In this document: one piece after another, positions 53,203-61,978 of the stretch | Layout of the letters: each line of letters opens with the position of its first letter | Numbering within the stretch: position 1 is the first letter of the stretch | Assembly: GCA_004299705.1 (NCBI GenBank) | Contig: SCQS01000061.1 | Span: 32,420-96,419, forward strand | From: Rhodanobacteraceae bacterium | Lineage (GTDB): Bacteria; Pseudomonadota; Gammaproteobacteria; Xanthomonadales; Rhodanobacteraceae | Direction: 5' to 3' | DNA length: 64,000 nucleotides | Position numbers and translations under genes: made by a program | Notes under the pieces: generated by a model | Database searches by the model: none | Told to the model about the DNA's origin: nothing | What the model saw: the letters and a program-made list of their open reading frames with translations, nothing else

Positions 53203-54204
53203 ATGAACGCGACTGCACCGCTGCACTGGCTTCCGCCTCATGCGCAGTACACGGGCCTGCACGCCGGGTTCTGGCGACGTGTGCTGGCGTACCTGATCGA
53301 CGGCGTGATCCTCGCGCCCGCGTTCGCGGTGTTGTATCTGGGGGTCGCGGGGCCGGCGTGGTTTCCGGCATTCGTGCAACAGGACGCGCCAGTGGCGTGG
53401 CGCGTGTTGTCGCCGTGGTGGATGCTGTGGCTGGTGGTTCCATGGCTGTACTTCGCGCTGTGCGAGGCGTCGCCGTGGCAGGCCACACCGGGCAAGCTGG
53501 CGCTGGGGTTGGGGGTCACCGATGAATACGGGCGCCGGATCGGCTTCGGGCGCTCGAGCGGACGCTTCTTCGGCAAGTTGCTGTCCGGCCTGATCCTGGA
53601 CATCGGTTACATGCTCGCCGGTTGGACGCCGCGCAAGCAGGCGCTGCACGATTTGATGGCGGGTTGCTGCGTGGTGCGCACGCGAGGATTGCTGGCGTGG
53701 CAACACGAGCAGGCAGCGGCGCCCGAGTCGCTGGACGCAGCCGGCGCGCGCGCGGCACTGCCGCAAACCGGCATGCCGGGCTGGGCGATCGCGCTGCTCG
53801 TGGCCGTCGTGGGCGTGTTCGTGGTGCTGCCGGTCGCCGGCGTGCTGGCCGTGATCGCGGTCCCCGTGTACCAGGGTTACGCCGTGCGCGCGGAAGTGGC
53901 ACAAGGCATCGGGTTGACCCGGCGCGCACGCTCGCTGATCGCCGAATACATCGGCGAGCGCGGCGCGCTGCCCGAGGACAACGCCGCGCTTGGCCTGCCG
54001 AAACCCGAAGCCATCCACGCCCGTTACGTCACCAGCGTGCGCGTTGCCGGCGGCAAGGTGGTGGTCACCTACGGCAACCGGGCCAACGCCTGGATCCGCG
54101 GCGGCCACGTGGTGATGGCACCGCTGGGCAATGCCGCCAAGCTGCGCTGGCAATGCAGCAGCCCCGACATTCGCGACTGGTACCTGCCCGAGAGTTGCCG
54201 CTGA
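53203..54204 (+). CDS. RDD-domain membrane protein fused to a type IV pilin-like C-terminal domain
   Basis: Lies within ORF 52993..54204; start at MNATAPLHW. The RDD region is FWRRVLAYLIDGVIL...GRRIGFGRSSGRFFGKLLSGLILDIGY...ALHDLMAGCCVV. The C-terminal part LAVIAVPVYQGYAVRAEVAQGIGLTRRARSLIAEYIGERGALPEDNAALGLP...LRWQCSSPDIRDWYLPESCR resembles the pilin alpha1-C helix, head domain and disulfide loop. There is no prepilin cleavage motif. Confidence 0.65.
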   Translation: MNATAPLHWLPPHAQYTGLHAGFWRRVLAYLIDGVILAPAFAVLYLGVAGPAWFPAFVQQDAPVAWRVLSPWWMLWLVVPWLYFALCEASPWQATPGKLALGLGVTDEYGRRIGFGRSSGRFFGKLLSGLILDIGYMLAGWTPRKQALHDLMAGCCVVRTRGLLAWQHEQAAAPESLDAAGARAALPQTGMPGWAIALLVAVVGVFVVLPVAGVLAVIAVPVYQGYAVRAEVAQGIGLTRRARSLIAEYIGERGALPEDNAALGLPKPEAIHARYVTSVRVAGGKVVVTYGNRANAWIRGGHVVMAPLGNAAKLRWQCSSPDIRDWYLPESCR

Positions 54205-54211
54205 GCGGCAC

Positions 54212-55591
54212 TCAGTATTCGATGTGCGCGCGGATGCCGATGAAGCGCGCCGGGCCACGGTCGCGGTTGTAGCCGGGGTTGCGGATGAACTGGAAATCGG
54301 GGCTCAGCGTGAGGTGCGGCAACAACTGGATCGCGTAATAGGCCTCCGCGATTTCCTCGTGCCCGTAGTTCAACTTGCCGTCGCAAAGCAGGAAGCCGCA
54401 GCCGCCGGCGGCAAGATAATCGCGATGTTCATGTGACAACGCATTCATGGCGAAGGCAATACCGAGGCGGTCCTGCGCGCGGTGCCAGTGCACGCCCGAA
54501 ACCTGCGCACCGATACTGGCGTCGCGGTCGACCTCGGTGAACACGAACGATTCGGTGTGGCCGTCGTTCCAGCCGTAGCGCGCGAACAGTCCGGTGTCGC
54601 CGCCGTCGGCCAGCGGCAGTTCGGCGTTGATCGCGTAGCCGTACTTGCGGCGGCCATCGCGATCGTCGGCGACGATGTCCGGTTGCGTGCCGGTGGCTTT
54701 CGCAATCGCAAGCGCGTCGCGATAGCTGCCCATTCGCCCGATATTGCGAAACACCAGCAGGCGTAGCGCCCAGCCGTCCGGCGCACCGCGCAAGGTCAGT
54801 TGCGCCTGTGCGCCACGTGCCCGCGTCAGTGGTGCTTCCAGGGTCTGGCCGTTCGCGAAGGTCGGCATCTGGTACACACCGTAGCGCAAGGTCCAGTGCG
54901 GGTTCACCCAGGCGATCATCACGCCGTTGCTGTAGCCGCGGGTGTCGGCCGCGAAGTCCCAGGCCGGGTTGTTCCACAGCGTCCAGTTCATGAACTGGGT
55001 GCGCGTGGAGTTGGCGTAGCGGTTCTTGTCGAAGTCGTCGTTGACCGCCATCTTGCCGAGCTTCACCTCGACAAACCGCGACGCCTGCGTGCCCGGCAAC
55101 TGATCCTGCGCGCGTTCCACCGGTTGCGTGTCGTTGTCCAGCGGCAAGGTCCATTGCAGATAGCGGCGCGCCACGTAGGCGCGCTTGCCGAGTTGCACCG
55201 CGCCCGAGCGGATCACGTCGCCATTGGTGAGCCCGGCAAGGCCGGTCGCGCCACTGACGCCCTCGCCCTTGAACATCTCGATGTCGAAATAGAACTGCAG
55301 GTGCGCGGGCAGTTGCACGCCGAAATAGGCACCGAAGGTGTGCGACTGCTCGGTGTCGCCGCCGGCCTTCAGGCTCAAGGGGCCGGAGTAGGGCGAGCGC
55401 AGCGCGTCCTGATGCTGATCGACGAAGGTGTATTGCGCACCCAGCAACTGCGGCACGAACAGGCGCGGCGACTCATCGGCGCAGGCGAGGCCGGGAAGCA
55501 GGATCGCGGTCAACAGGATGCAGGCGAAACGCACGGGCAACCCTCCTGCGGCATCGTCTTCGCGGCGCGGCCGCCACGCGCGCCGGCTCAT
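54212..55591 (-). CDS. Carbohydrate-selective porin (OprB family)
   Basis: ORF 54212..55636; start placed at MSRRAWRP, with signal peptide ...LLPGLACA. OprB-like beta-barrel pattern ending in the terminal aromatic IRAHIEY. Confidence 0.75.
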   Translation of the reverse strand: MSRRAWRPRREDDAAGGLPVRFACILLTAILLPGLACADESPRLFVPQLLGAQYTFVDQHQDALRSPYSGPLSLKAGGDTEQSHTFGAYFGVQLPAHLQFYFDIEMFKGEGVSGATGLAGLTNGDVIRSGAVQLGKRAYVARRYLQWTLPLDNDTQPVERAQDQLPGTQASRFVEVKLGKMAVNDDFDKNRYANSTRTQFMNWTLWNNPAWDFAADTRGYSNGVMIAWVNPHWTLRYGVYQMPTFANGQTLEAPLTRARGAQAQLTLRGAPDGWALRLLVFRNIGRMGSYRDALAIAKATGTQPDIVADDRDGRRKYGYAINAELPLADGGDTGLFARYGWNDGHTESFVFTEVDRDASIGAQVSGVHWHRAQDRLGIAFAMNALSHEHRDYLAAGGCGFLLCDGKLNYGHEEIAEAYYAIQLLPHLTLSPDFQFIRNPGYNRDRGPARFIGIRAHIEY

Positions 55592-57078
55592 TGTGCGCCC
55601 GCCGTCGTGGAAGCAGCGTGGTCCGCATGCCACCAACCACCGCCCAGCGCCTGGAACAGCGCGGCGGTGTCACCGTAGCGGTTGACGCGGGCTTGCACCA
55701 GGGCGATGCGTGCTTGCTGATCGGCCTGTTCGGCCTGCAGCACGGCCAGATGGTCGATGTCGCCCAACGCGAACTGGCGGCGTGCGATATCGAGGCTGTG
55801 CGCCGTCGCGCGTGCGGCGGTTTCGGCCGCGGCCAGCGCGTCGGCATCGCTCTTCAATGCGTACAGCGTGTCGGCCACGTTCTGCAGCGCCGCAATCACG
55901 CTGGCACGATATTGTGCCTTGGCTGCGGCGAATGCCGCTTCGGCCGCGCGCTGCTGGTGCTTCAGACTGCCGGCGTCGAACACGGGTTCGGCGATGTCAG
56001 CGGCGAGGCTCCAGAACAAGGTGCCGTGCGCGAACAGCTTGGCGATGTCGGTGGGCGCACTGCCGGCATCGGCGCTCAGGGTGAATTTCGGCAGGCGGTT
56101 GGCGATGGCGACGCCGACCTCGGCACTGGCCGCGTGCAGTTCGGCCTCGGCCGCGCGCACGTCGGGACGACGCTCGACCAGTTGCGCGGGCATGGTGAGC
56201 GGCAGCTCGCGCGGTAGCCGCAGGTCGGCGAGTTCGAACCGGGTCGCCGGCGCATCGGAAGGTGCCTCGCCCAGCAGCGCGGCCAGCGCGTCGCCTTGCT
56301 GTTCCAATTGTTTTTGCAGGGGCGGCAGTGCGGCTTCGGTCTGCGCCAGCGCGGCCTGCTGCGCGGCGACGGCGGCTTCCGGCACCGCGCCCAGCGCGAG
56401 CTGGCGTTGCAGTGAAACCAGCGTGGCACGTTGGCCGGCGATGATTTGTCGCGTGGCCTCGATCTGCGCGCGGAGGCCGGCCTGGTTGATCGCCGCCACC
56501 ACCACGTTCGCGCTCAGGCTCAGGCGTGCGGCTGCGAGCTGGAAGCGTTGCACGTCGACCTGGGCGCGCAGCGCTTCGAGCTGGCGACGGGTGCCGCCGA
56601 ACAGGTCCGGTGCCCACGACACGTCGACTTGCGCGGTGTGCAGGGTGTAGTAATCGACGTTTGACGCGAGCGGGCTGGCCAGCGTGGCGGCGGTGCGCTG
56701 GCGCGACACGTTGTAGTCGGCCGTGGCATTCGGATACAACGCACCCTTGCCAGCCGCGAGATTTTCCCGGGCCTCGCGCAGCGCCGCCTGCGCGGCGGCC
56801 ATGTTCGGATTGGCCGCGAGCGCCTGCCGCACCAGCGCATCCAGTGGCTGCGAGTGGAACAGTGTCCACCACTCGGCGGGCACGTCCGTGCCAGTGACGA
56901 GGCGCTGCGCATCGCCGCCGTGCCCGAGTTCGGCGGGCAAGGATTGCGCGGTGTAACGATCGGCATGCGGCGGCGCGGGACGGTGGAAATCCGGCACCGC
57001 CATGCAGCCACCGAGGGCGAACGTGGCCACCGCCAATGACAGCGCGCGCAGCACGAACGAGGGATTGCGGGTTGTCAT
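55588..57078 (-). CDS. RND efflux outer-membrane lipoprotein (NodT family)
   Basis: C-terminal 496 aa of ORF 55588..58383; start at MTTRNPSFVLRALSLAVATFALGGC (lipobox), ATG at 57078. NodT motifs WWTLFHSQPLDALV and LFQALGGGW. Confidence 0.9.
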   Translation of the reverse strand: MTTRNPSFVLRALSLAVATFALGGCMAVPDFHRPAPPHADRYTAQSLPAELGHGGDAQRLVTGTDVPAEWWTLFHSQPLDALVRQALAANPNMAAAQAALREARENLAAGKGALYPNATADYNVSRQRTAATLASPLASNVDYYTLHTAQVDVSWAPDLFGGTRRQLEALRAQVDVQRFQLAAARLSLSANVVVAAINQAGLRAQIEATRQIIAGQRATLVSLQRQLALGAVPEAAVAAQQAALAQTEAALPPLQKQLEQQGDALAALLGEAPSDAPATRFELADLRLPRELPLTMPAQLVERRPDVRAAEAELHAASAEVGVAIANRLPKFTLSADAGSAPTDIAKLFAHGTLFWSLAADIAEPVFDAGSLKHQQRAAEAAFAAAKAQYRASVIAALQNVADTLYALKSDADALAAAETAARATAHSLDIARRQFALGDIDHLAVLQAEQADQQARIALVQARVNRYGDTAALFQALGGGWWHADHAASTTAGAQ

Positions 57079-60000
57079 GGCAGCACCTCGTCTTGCGTCG
57101 GCGCGGGGTTTGCGGGGCGCGGCGCTTGCCGCCGTTCGCACCAGCTCTCCATCGCGTAGTACAGCGACGGCAGCAGGTACAGCGTGAGCAGGGTCGCGAG
57201 CGCGAGGCCGCCAACCACCACGGTCGCGAGTTCGCGCTGCACGTCGGTGCCGATGCCGCTGGCGAGCGCGGCGGGCAGCATGCCAAGGGTGGCGACAGTC
57301 GCTGTCATCAGCACCGGGCGGAAGCGTTCGCTGGCGCCCTCGATCACGGCCTTCGCCAACGGCAGGCCTTCGCGGCGGTGCCGGTTGATGTTGGCGATCA
57401 TGATGATGCCGTTTTGCACCGCCACCCCGAACAAGGCGATGAAGCCCACCGCGGTCGCGATGTTGAGCGTGTAGCCGCGCAGGTGCAGCGCCGCCAGTCC
57501 GCCCAGCGTCGCCAGCGGCACCACGATGAGCACCAGCAGCGCCACGCGCAGCTTGCCGAATTCGCCATACAGCAGCACCAGCATGATCGCCAGCATCATG
57601 CCCATCACCACGACCAGGCGTGCCTGCGCGCGCTGCGCCTCCTGGAAGGAACCGGCCCACTGCAGGGAAAAGCGTTGCGGATCGTAGTGCACCTTGCGCG
57701 CGAGCAGCCGCTGCGCATCGGCCACGAAGCTGGACAGCGCCATGCGGTCGTTGCTGACGGTGATCGACAACTCGCGCCGTCCCATGTTGTGGTCGATGGT
57801 GCCTTCGCCGGTCTGGAACGCGATGTGCGCGACCAACGCCAGCGGAACCTGAGCGCCGTTGGCCGCGGTCAGTGGCAGCCGGCCGATCGCCTGCGCATTG
57901 TCCGCCACGGCGTTCGGCACCCGCGCGGTGACGTTGTAGACGCGGTCGCCGACATACGCCTGCGTGATCGGCGCGCCGCCGATCGCGGTCTGGATCAGGT
58001 TGGTGATGTCGGCGATGTTGATGCCGTAGCGCGCGGCGGCGGCGCGATCGGTGCGGATCACCAGTTGCGTGATCGGCGGCTCCTCGAAGATCGAGGCTTC
58101 GGTGCCGGGGATCGTCTTCAGCGTGTCCACGACCCGTCCGGCGATGCGGCGCATGGCCTTGAAATCCTTGCCGTAGACGTACAGCACCAGTGCGCTGTGC
58201 GCGCCACTGATGAGGTCGTTCAAGTTGTCCGCGATCGGCTGGCTGACGCGGATGGACATGGCCGGCAGTTCCTTGTCGAGCCGTGTCTGGAACGCGCGCA
58301 GGAAACGGGCGCGATCCATGCCCGCTGGCCAGTCGGAATAGGGTTTCAGGATGATGTCGGCTTCGATGTGCGAGGGCGTCCACGGATCGGTACCGTCGTC
58401 GCTGCGGCCGAGTTGGGTCACGGCGTAGGTGACTTCCGGGAACGTGCGCACCACGCGGCGCAGGCGTCCTGCCATCCGGCTGGCTTCATCAAGCGACAGG
58501 CCGGTCGGCATCTGCACCTGCAGCCACAGCGCGCCTTCGTCGAGGTTGGGCATGAACTCGCTGCCCAGCGTCAAGCCGAGCCCGGTCACCGCGACGAATG
58601 CCAGCCCGGTGGCGGCGAGCGCGAGGCGCGGCCGCCGCAGCAACTTGCCGAGGCCCGAGCGGAAGCCGCGCTGCATCCGTTCCAGCGGGCGGTTGTGGAA
58701 GGGCTTGCGCGGTTTGCGCAGCGCAAGATACGCCAGTCCCGGAATCAGGGTGATCGTGCACAACAGCGCGGCCAGCAGCGCGTAGCTCACGGTGAACGCG
58801 ATCGGACGCGACAGGCGGCCGGCGGCGTGCTCGAACGCGAACAGCGGCAGGTAGGCGGTGATGATGATGAGGATCGCGAAGAAGATCGGCTTGCCGACCT
58901 GGGTCGCGGCACCCAGCACGCTGGTGGGCGCGAGCGCCTCGCCGGGGCGGGCTTCGCGCCGCAGCAGGATCGCCTCGGTGACCACGATCGCGCCGTCCAC
59001 GATCACGCCGAAGTCGATCGCACCGATCGAGAACAGGTTCATCGGCATGTGCGTCAGGTGCATCACGATGAACACCGTGGCCAGCGACATCGGGATCGTC
59101 ACCGCCACCACCAGTGCGGGGCGCACGTCACCCAGGAACAGGAACAGCACGATGCAGACCAGCGCCACGCCTTCCAGCACGATGTGGAACACGTTGTCGA
59201 TGGTCGATTGCACCAGGTAATCGCGGTCGTAATAGGGCACGATGCGCACGCCCTGCGGCGCGAGCTGGCGGTTCAACTCGGCCACCCTGGCGTGCACGGC
59301 CTTCAGCACGTCGGACGCGTTTTCGCCATTCAGCAGATCGACGATGCCCTCGATGGTGTCCGGGTTGCCGTTCACGCCCAGGATGCCCTGGCGAATCTGG
59401 TGGCCGTAGCGCAAGGTGCCGAGATCGCGCACCAGCACCGGCACGCCGTGCGATTCGCTCACCACGATGTCGCCCAGATCCTTGAGCGTGTGCAACATGC
59501 CAATACCGCGCACGATGTAGCTCTGCTCGCCGCGGGTGATGCGGCCACCACCGGCGTTGGAGGTATTGGCCTGGATGGCCTGCGTCACCTGGCTGACGCC
59601 GACGCCGTAGCGCTGCAGGCTGGCCGGGTCCAGCACCAGCTGGAATTCCTTGGTGAAGCCGCCGAAGTTGTCCACGTTGGCGACGCCGGGAATCGCTTCC
59701 AGCGCCGGGATCACCGTCCAGTGCTGGATCCCGGAAATCTGCATCAGGTTTTTGGTATCGGACTCCAGCGTGTAGCGGTAGATTTCCCCGGCCGGCCCCG
59801 ACACGGGGTTGAGGCCGGGCGTGACGCCGGGCGGCAGCGTCACCTGCGCGAGGCGCGCCATCACGCGTTCGCGTTCCCAGTACTCGTCGCTGCCATCCTT
59901 GAACACCAGCGTGATCAGCGACAGGCCGAAAGTGCTGTTGGAACGCATGTGGATCAGCCCCGGCGTGCCGGCCAGCGCGCGCTCCAGCGGCGTCGTGATT

Positions 60001-60191
60001 TCCTGCTCGATCTCCTCGGCGGCGAGGCCCGGCACCTGCGTGGTCACCTGCACGTAGACGTCCGCCAGGTGCGGGTAGGCGGTGATCGACAGCTGCGTCC
60101 ACGCATACCAGCCGAACAGCACCACCAGCACGCTGACCACGAAGAACAGCTTGCGCCGCGTGAAGCACAGCTCGAGGATCCGGTCAATCAT
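57075..60191 (-). CDS. RND efflux permease (CzcA/CusA-like family)
   Basis: 1038 aa, MIDRILELCFTRRKLFFVVSVLVVLFGWYAW, with 12 TM segments. TM4 motif AIDFGVIVDGAIVVTE. Shares a 4-nt overlap with the downstream OMF gene. Confidence 0.9.
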   Translation of the reverse strand: MIDRILELCFTRRKLFFVVSVLVVLFGWYAWTQLSITAYPHLADVYVQVTTQVPGLAAEEIEQEITTPLERALAGTPGLIHMRSNSTFGLSLITLVFKDGSDEYWERERVMARLAQVTLPPGVTPGLNPVSGPAGEIYRYTLESDTKNLMQISGIQHWTVIPALEAIPGVANVDNFGGFTKEFQLVLDPASLQRYGVGVSQVTQAIQANTSNAGGGRITRGEQSYIVRGIGMLHTLKDLGDIVVSESHGVPVLVRDLGTLRYGHQIRQGILGVNGNPDTIEGIVDLLNGENASDVLKAVHARVAELNRQLAPQGVRIVPYYDRDYLVQSTIDNVFHIVLEGVALVCIVLFLFLGDVRPALVVAVTIPMSLATVFIVMHLTHMPMNLFSIGAIDFGVIVDGAIVVTEAILLRREARPGEALAPTSVLGAATQVGKPIFFAILIIITAYLPLFAFEHAAGRLSRPIAFTVSYALLAALLCTITLIPGLAYLALRKPRKPFHNRPLERMQRGFRSGLGKLLRRPRLALAATGLAFVAVTGLGLTLGSEFMPNLDEGALWLQVQMPTGLSLDEASRMAGRLRRVVRTFPEVTYAVTQLGRSDDGTDPWTPSHIEADIILKPYSDWPAGMDRARFLRAFQTRLDKELPAMSIRVSQPIADNLNDLISGAHSALVLYVYGKDFKAMRRIAGRVVDTLKTIPGTEASIFEEPPITQLVIRTDRAAAARYGINIADITNLIQTAIGGAPITQAYVGDRVYNVTARVPNAVADNAQAIGRLPLTAANGAQVPLALVAHIAFQTGEGTIDHNMGRRELSITVSNDRMALSSFVADAQRLLARKVHYDPQRFSLQWAGSFQEAQRAQARLVVVMGMMLAIMLVLLYGEFGKLRVALLVLIVVPLATLGGLAALHLRGYTLNIATAVGFIALFGVAVQNGIIMIANINRHRREGLPLAKAVIEGASERFRPVLMTATVATLGMLPAALASGIGTDVQRELATVVVGGLALATLLTLYLLPSLYYAMESWCERRQAPRPANPAPTQDEVLP

Positions 60192-61527
60192 TGAGCAGCA
60201 CTCCGCCCGCCACGATCACGCGCTCGCCGGCCTTGAGGCCCTTCAACACGCGCGCATCCGTGCTTTCCTCGTAACCCAGTTCCACCGTGCGGCGCGCGAA
60301 CGTCCACGGCGCCACCTCGACGAACACCGTGGTGCTGTCGTTGTTCATCAGCAACGCCGATTGCGGCACGAACACTTGCGCCGGCTGCCGCGCGGCAATG
60401 CTGGCGCGCGCGTACATGTTGGGTTTCAGCGCGTGGTCGGCGTTGTCGATCACGATGCGCACCGGGTTGCGGTGCGTGTCGGGATCGAGCACCGCGCCGA
60501 TCGAATCGACCTTGCCTTGGAATACGCGGCCTGGCCAGGCCGGCACACTGGCTTCTGCAGCCTGGCCGTTCTGCACGAGCCCCAGTTCGTCCGCGGGCAC
60601 CTGCGCGGTCACCCAGACGCGGTCGATGTTGGCGATGGTCATCAGCGACGCCGTCGGATCATTCACGAACATGCCCGGCGACACCGACAGCGCGGTGATG
60701 GTGCCTGCGATCGGCGCGCGCACCTGGATCGGGCGCGGCGCCTGTGCGGAAGGATTGCCACCCAGCGCCTGCAACCGCGCCTGCGCGCGCCTGTATTCGG
60801 TTTCGGCCTGCACCACACCGCTCTGCGCGGCTTCCAGATCCTTGCCGGCCGCGCCGCCGGCGCGCTCGACGCCGCGGGTACGGATTAGGGTTTTTTGCGC
60901 AAGCGTGAGTGCATCGCGCGCCTTGGCCACGTCGGCGTACGCCTGCGCCATGTCGCCCGAATCGATCACCGCCAGCAACTGGCCACGCCTGACGCGTTGG
61001 CCGAGATCGACGTGCAGTTCGACTACGCGCCCGACGAGTGCCGGCAGCACGTTCGCGACGTGCGCGGGGTCGGCTTCGACGGTGGCAGGAAAATCGAGTT
61101 CATGCGGCGCCTGGTGCAGTTCGACCGTGGCGACCCTGATCCGCTGGCGCAGCGGTGAGGCGGCCGGCACTTCGATCAGGGCGCCTTTGCGGACGAAGGC
61201 GGGCGTTGCGGCGGCGGCTTGCGTGCCGTGCGAACAGCCGCCCAGCAGCGCCACGCTGCCGCAAGCCAACATGGCGGTGGCCAAGCGCGTGAGGAAGGTG
61301 CCGCGACTGCTTGCGGGAATGTCGTCCGGACTCGCGTCCGTCGCGCGTCGGGCGTCGTCGCGGTGCCATGTGGCATGCGGGCGGCGGGAAGCCGGGTCGG
61401 ATTTCCACGCGCACTGCAGTGCGCTGTCGCGCAAGCCAGCACGGCGCAGGCGCGCGTCGGCCTGCATGCGCGCAATACCGCGCAGGCAACGTGCCCGCGC
61501 GAGACGGAATGCTTGGATGAAACGCAT
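60184..61527 (-). CDS. RND efflux periplasmic adaptor (MFP) subunit
   Basis: ORF 60184..61527, with a strong SD GGAGGTGAG 3-6 nt before the ATG at 61527. It has an unusually long Arg-rich N-terminus before the lipobox-like LLGGC; an internal start at 61272 (MLACGSVALLGGC) is possible. HlyD-type barrel-sandwich and beta-barrel motifs. Confidence 0.75.
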   Translation of the reverse strand: MRFIQAFRLARARCLRGIARMQADARLRRAGLRDSALQCAWKSDPASRRPHATWHRDDARRATDASPDDIPASSRGTFLTRLATAMLACGSVALLGGCSHGTQAAAATPAFVRKGALIEVPAASPLRQRIRVATVELHQAPHELDFPATVEADPAHVANVLPALVGRVVELHVDLGQRVRRGQLLAVIDSGDMAQAYADVAKARDALTLAQKTLIRTRGVERAGGAAGKDLEAAQSGVVQAETEYRRAQARLQALGGNPSAQAPRPIQVRAPIAGTITALSVSPGMFVNDPTASLMTIANIDRVWVTAQVPADELGLVQNGQAAEASVPAWPGRVFQGKVDSIGAVLDPDTHRNPVRIVIDNADHALKPNMYARASIAARQPAQVFVPQSALLMNNDSTTVFVEVAPWTFARRTVELGYEESTDARVLKGLKAGERVIVAGGVLLND

Positions 61528-61735
61528 GACTCACCTCCGATCCCGCGGGACGGAGGCGAGCGAATCAGCTACAGCCGATTACCCGCCCGCGTGAGGCCGC
61601 GGATCGTCAACGGGTTTTCATTGGCCAACGCAGACGCGCGCACGGTCGGGCGGGCGTCTGCGCTGGTACTCGGGTAGCTGTCCATTGGATGCCTGAAAGG
61701 AAATCGAAAGCTTCTGGATGGCCAAAAGCGCGCGC

Positions 61736-61764
61736 ACGATACGACCGCCCGCGCCGGGCGTCAA
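61736..61764 (-). promoter_or_regulatory. Candidate sigma70 promoter for the minus-strand RND operon
   Basis: The minus strand reads TTGACG - 17 nt - TATCGT, about 210 nt upstream of the adaptor start. Pattern match only. Confidence 0.3.
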
Positions 61765-61978
61765 CAGAAATTTCTCGGATGCAAGCGCCGGTTGCGGCGC
61801 GTTCACCAGGATGGACGGCTGGCGCGCGGACGACACGCACTTCGAAACACGGAATCGCCGGGTCTCGCCGGCTGCGTGCCGTTGCGGGTTTTTCCCGACG
61901 TGGTGGCTTCACGGCATCTTGGCTTCATGTATGCAACGTTATAACATATCAAAAGTATTCGAAACGGAGCAGCAACGC

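Noticed and set aside
57079-58383. N-terminal 435 aa of the 931-aa ORF 55588..58383
   Set aside because: Only the part from the ATG at 57078 (lipoprotein signal MTTRNPSF...GGC) is the NodT gene. The upstream extension is an alternative frame running through the RND gene.
57036-60194. 1052-aa ORF on the plus strand
   Set aside because: It is antisense to the RND permease gene (57075-60191). It has no TM pattern and is Arg/His/Gly-rich.
61780-61900. Possible cobalamin or other riboswitch in the long leader of the TonB-dependent receptor
   Set aside because: I could not find a B12-box-like core or the conserved GGTGC/AATCC/GCCACTG-type elements on the plus strand. Only generic GC-rich hairpins are present. 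An Infernal/Rfam scan would be needed to revisit this.
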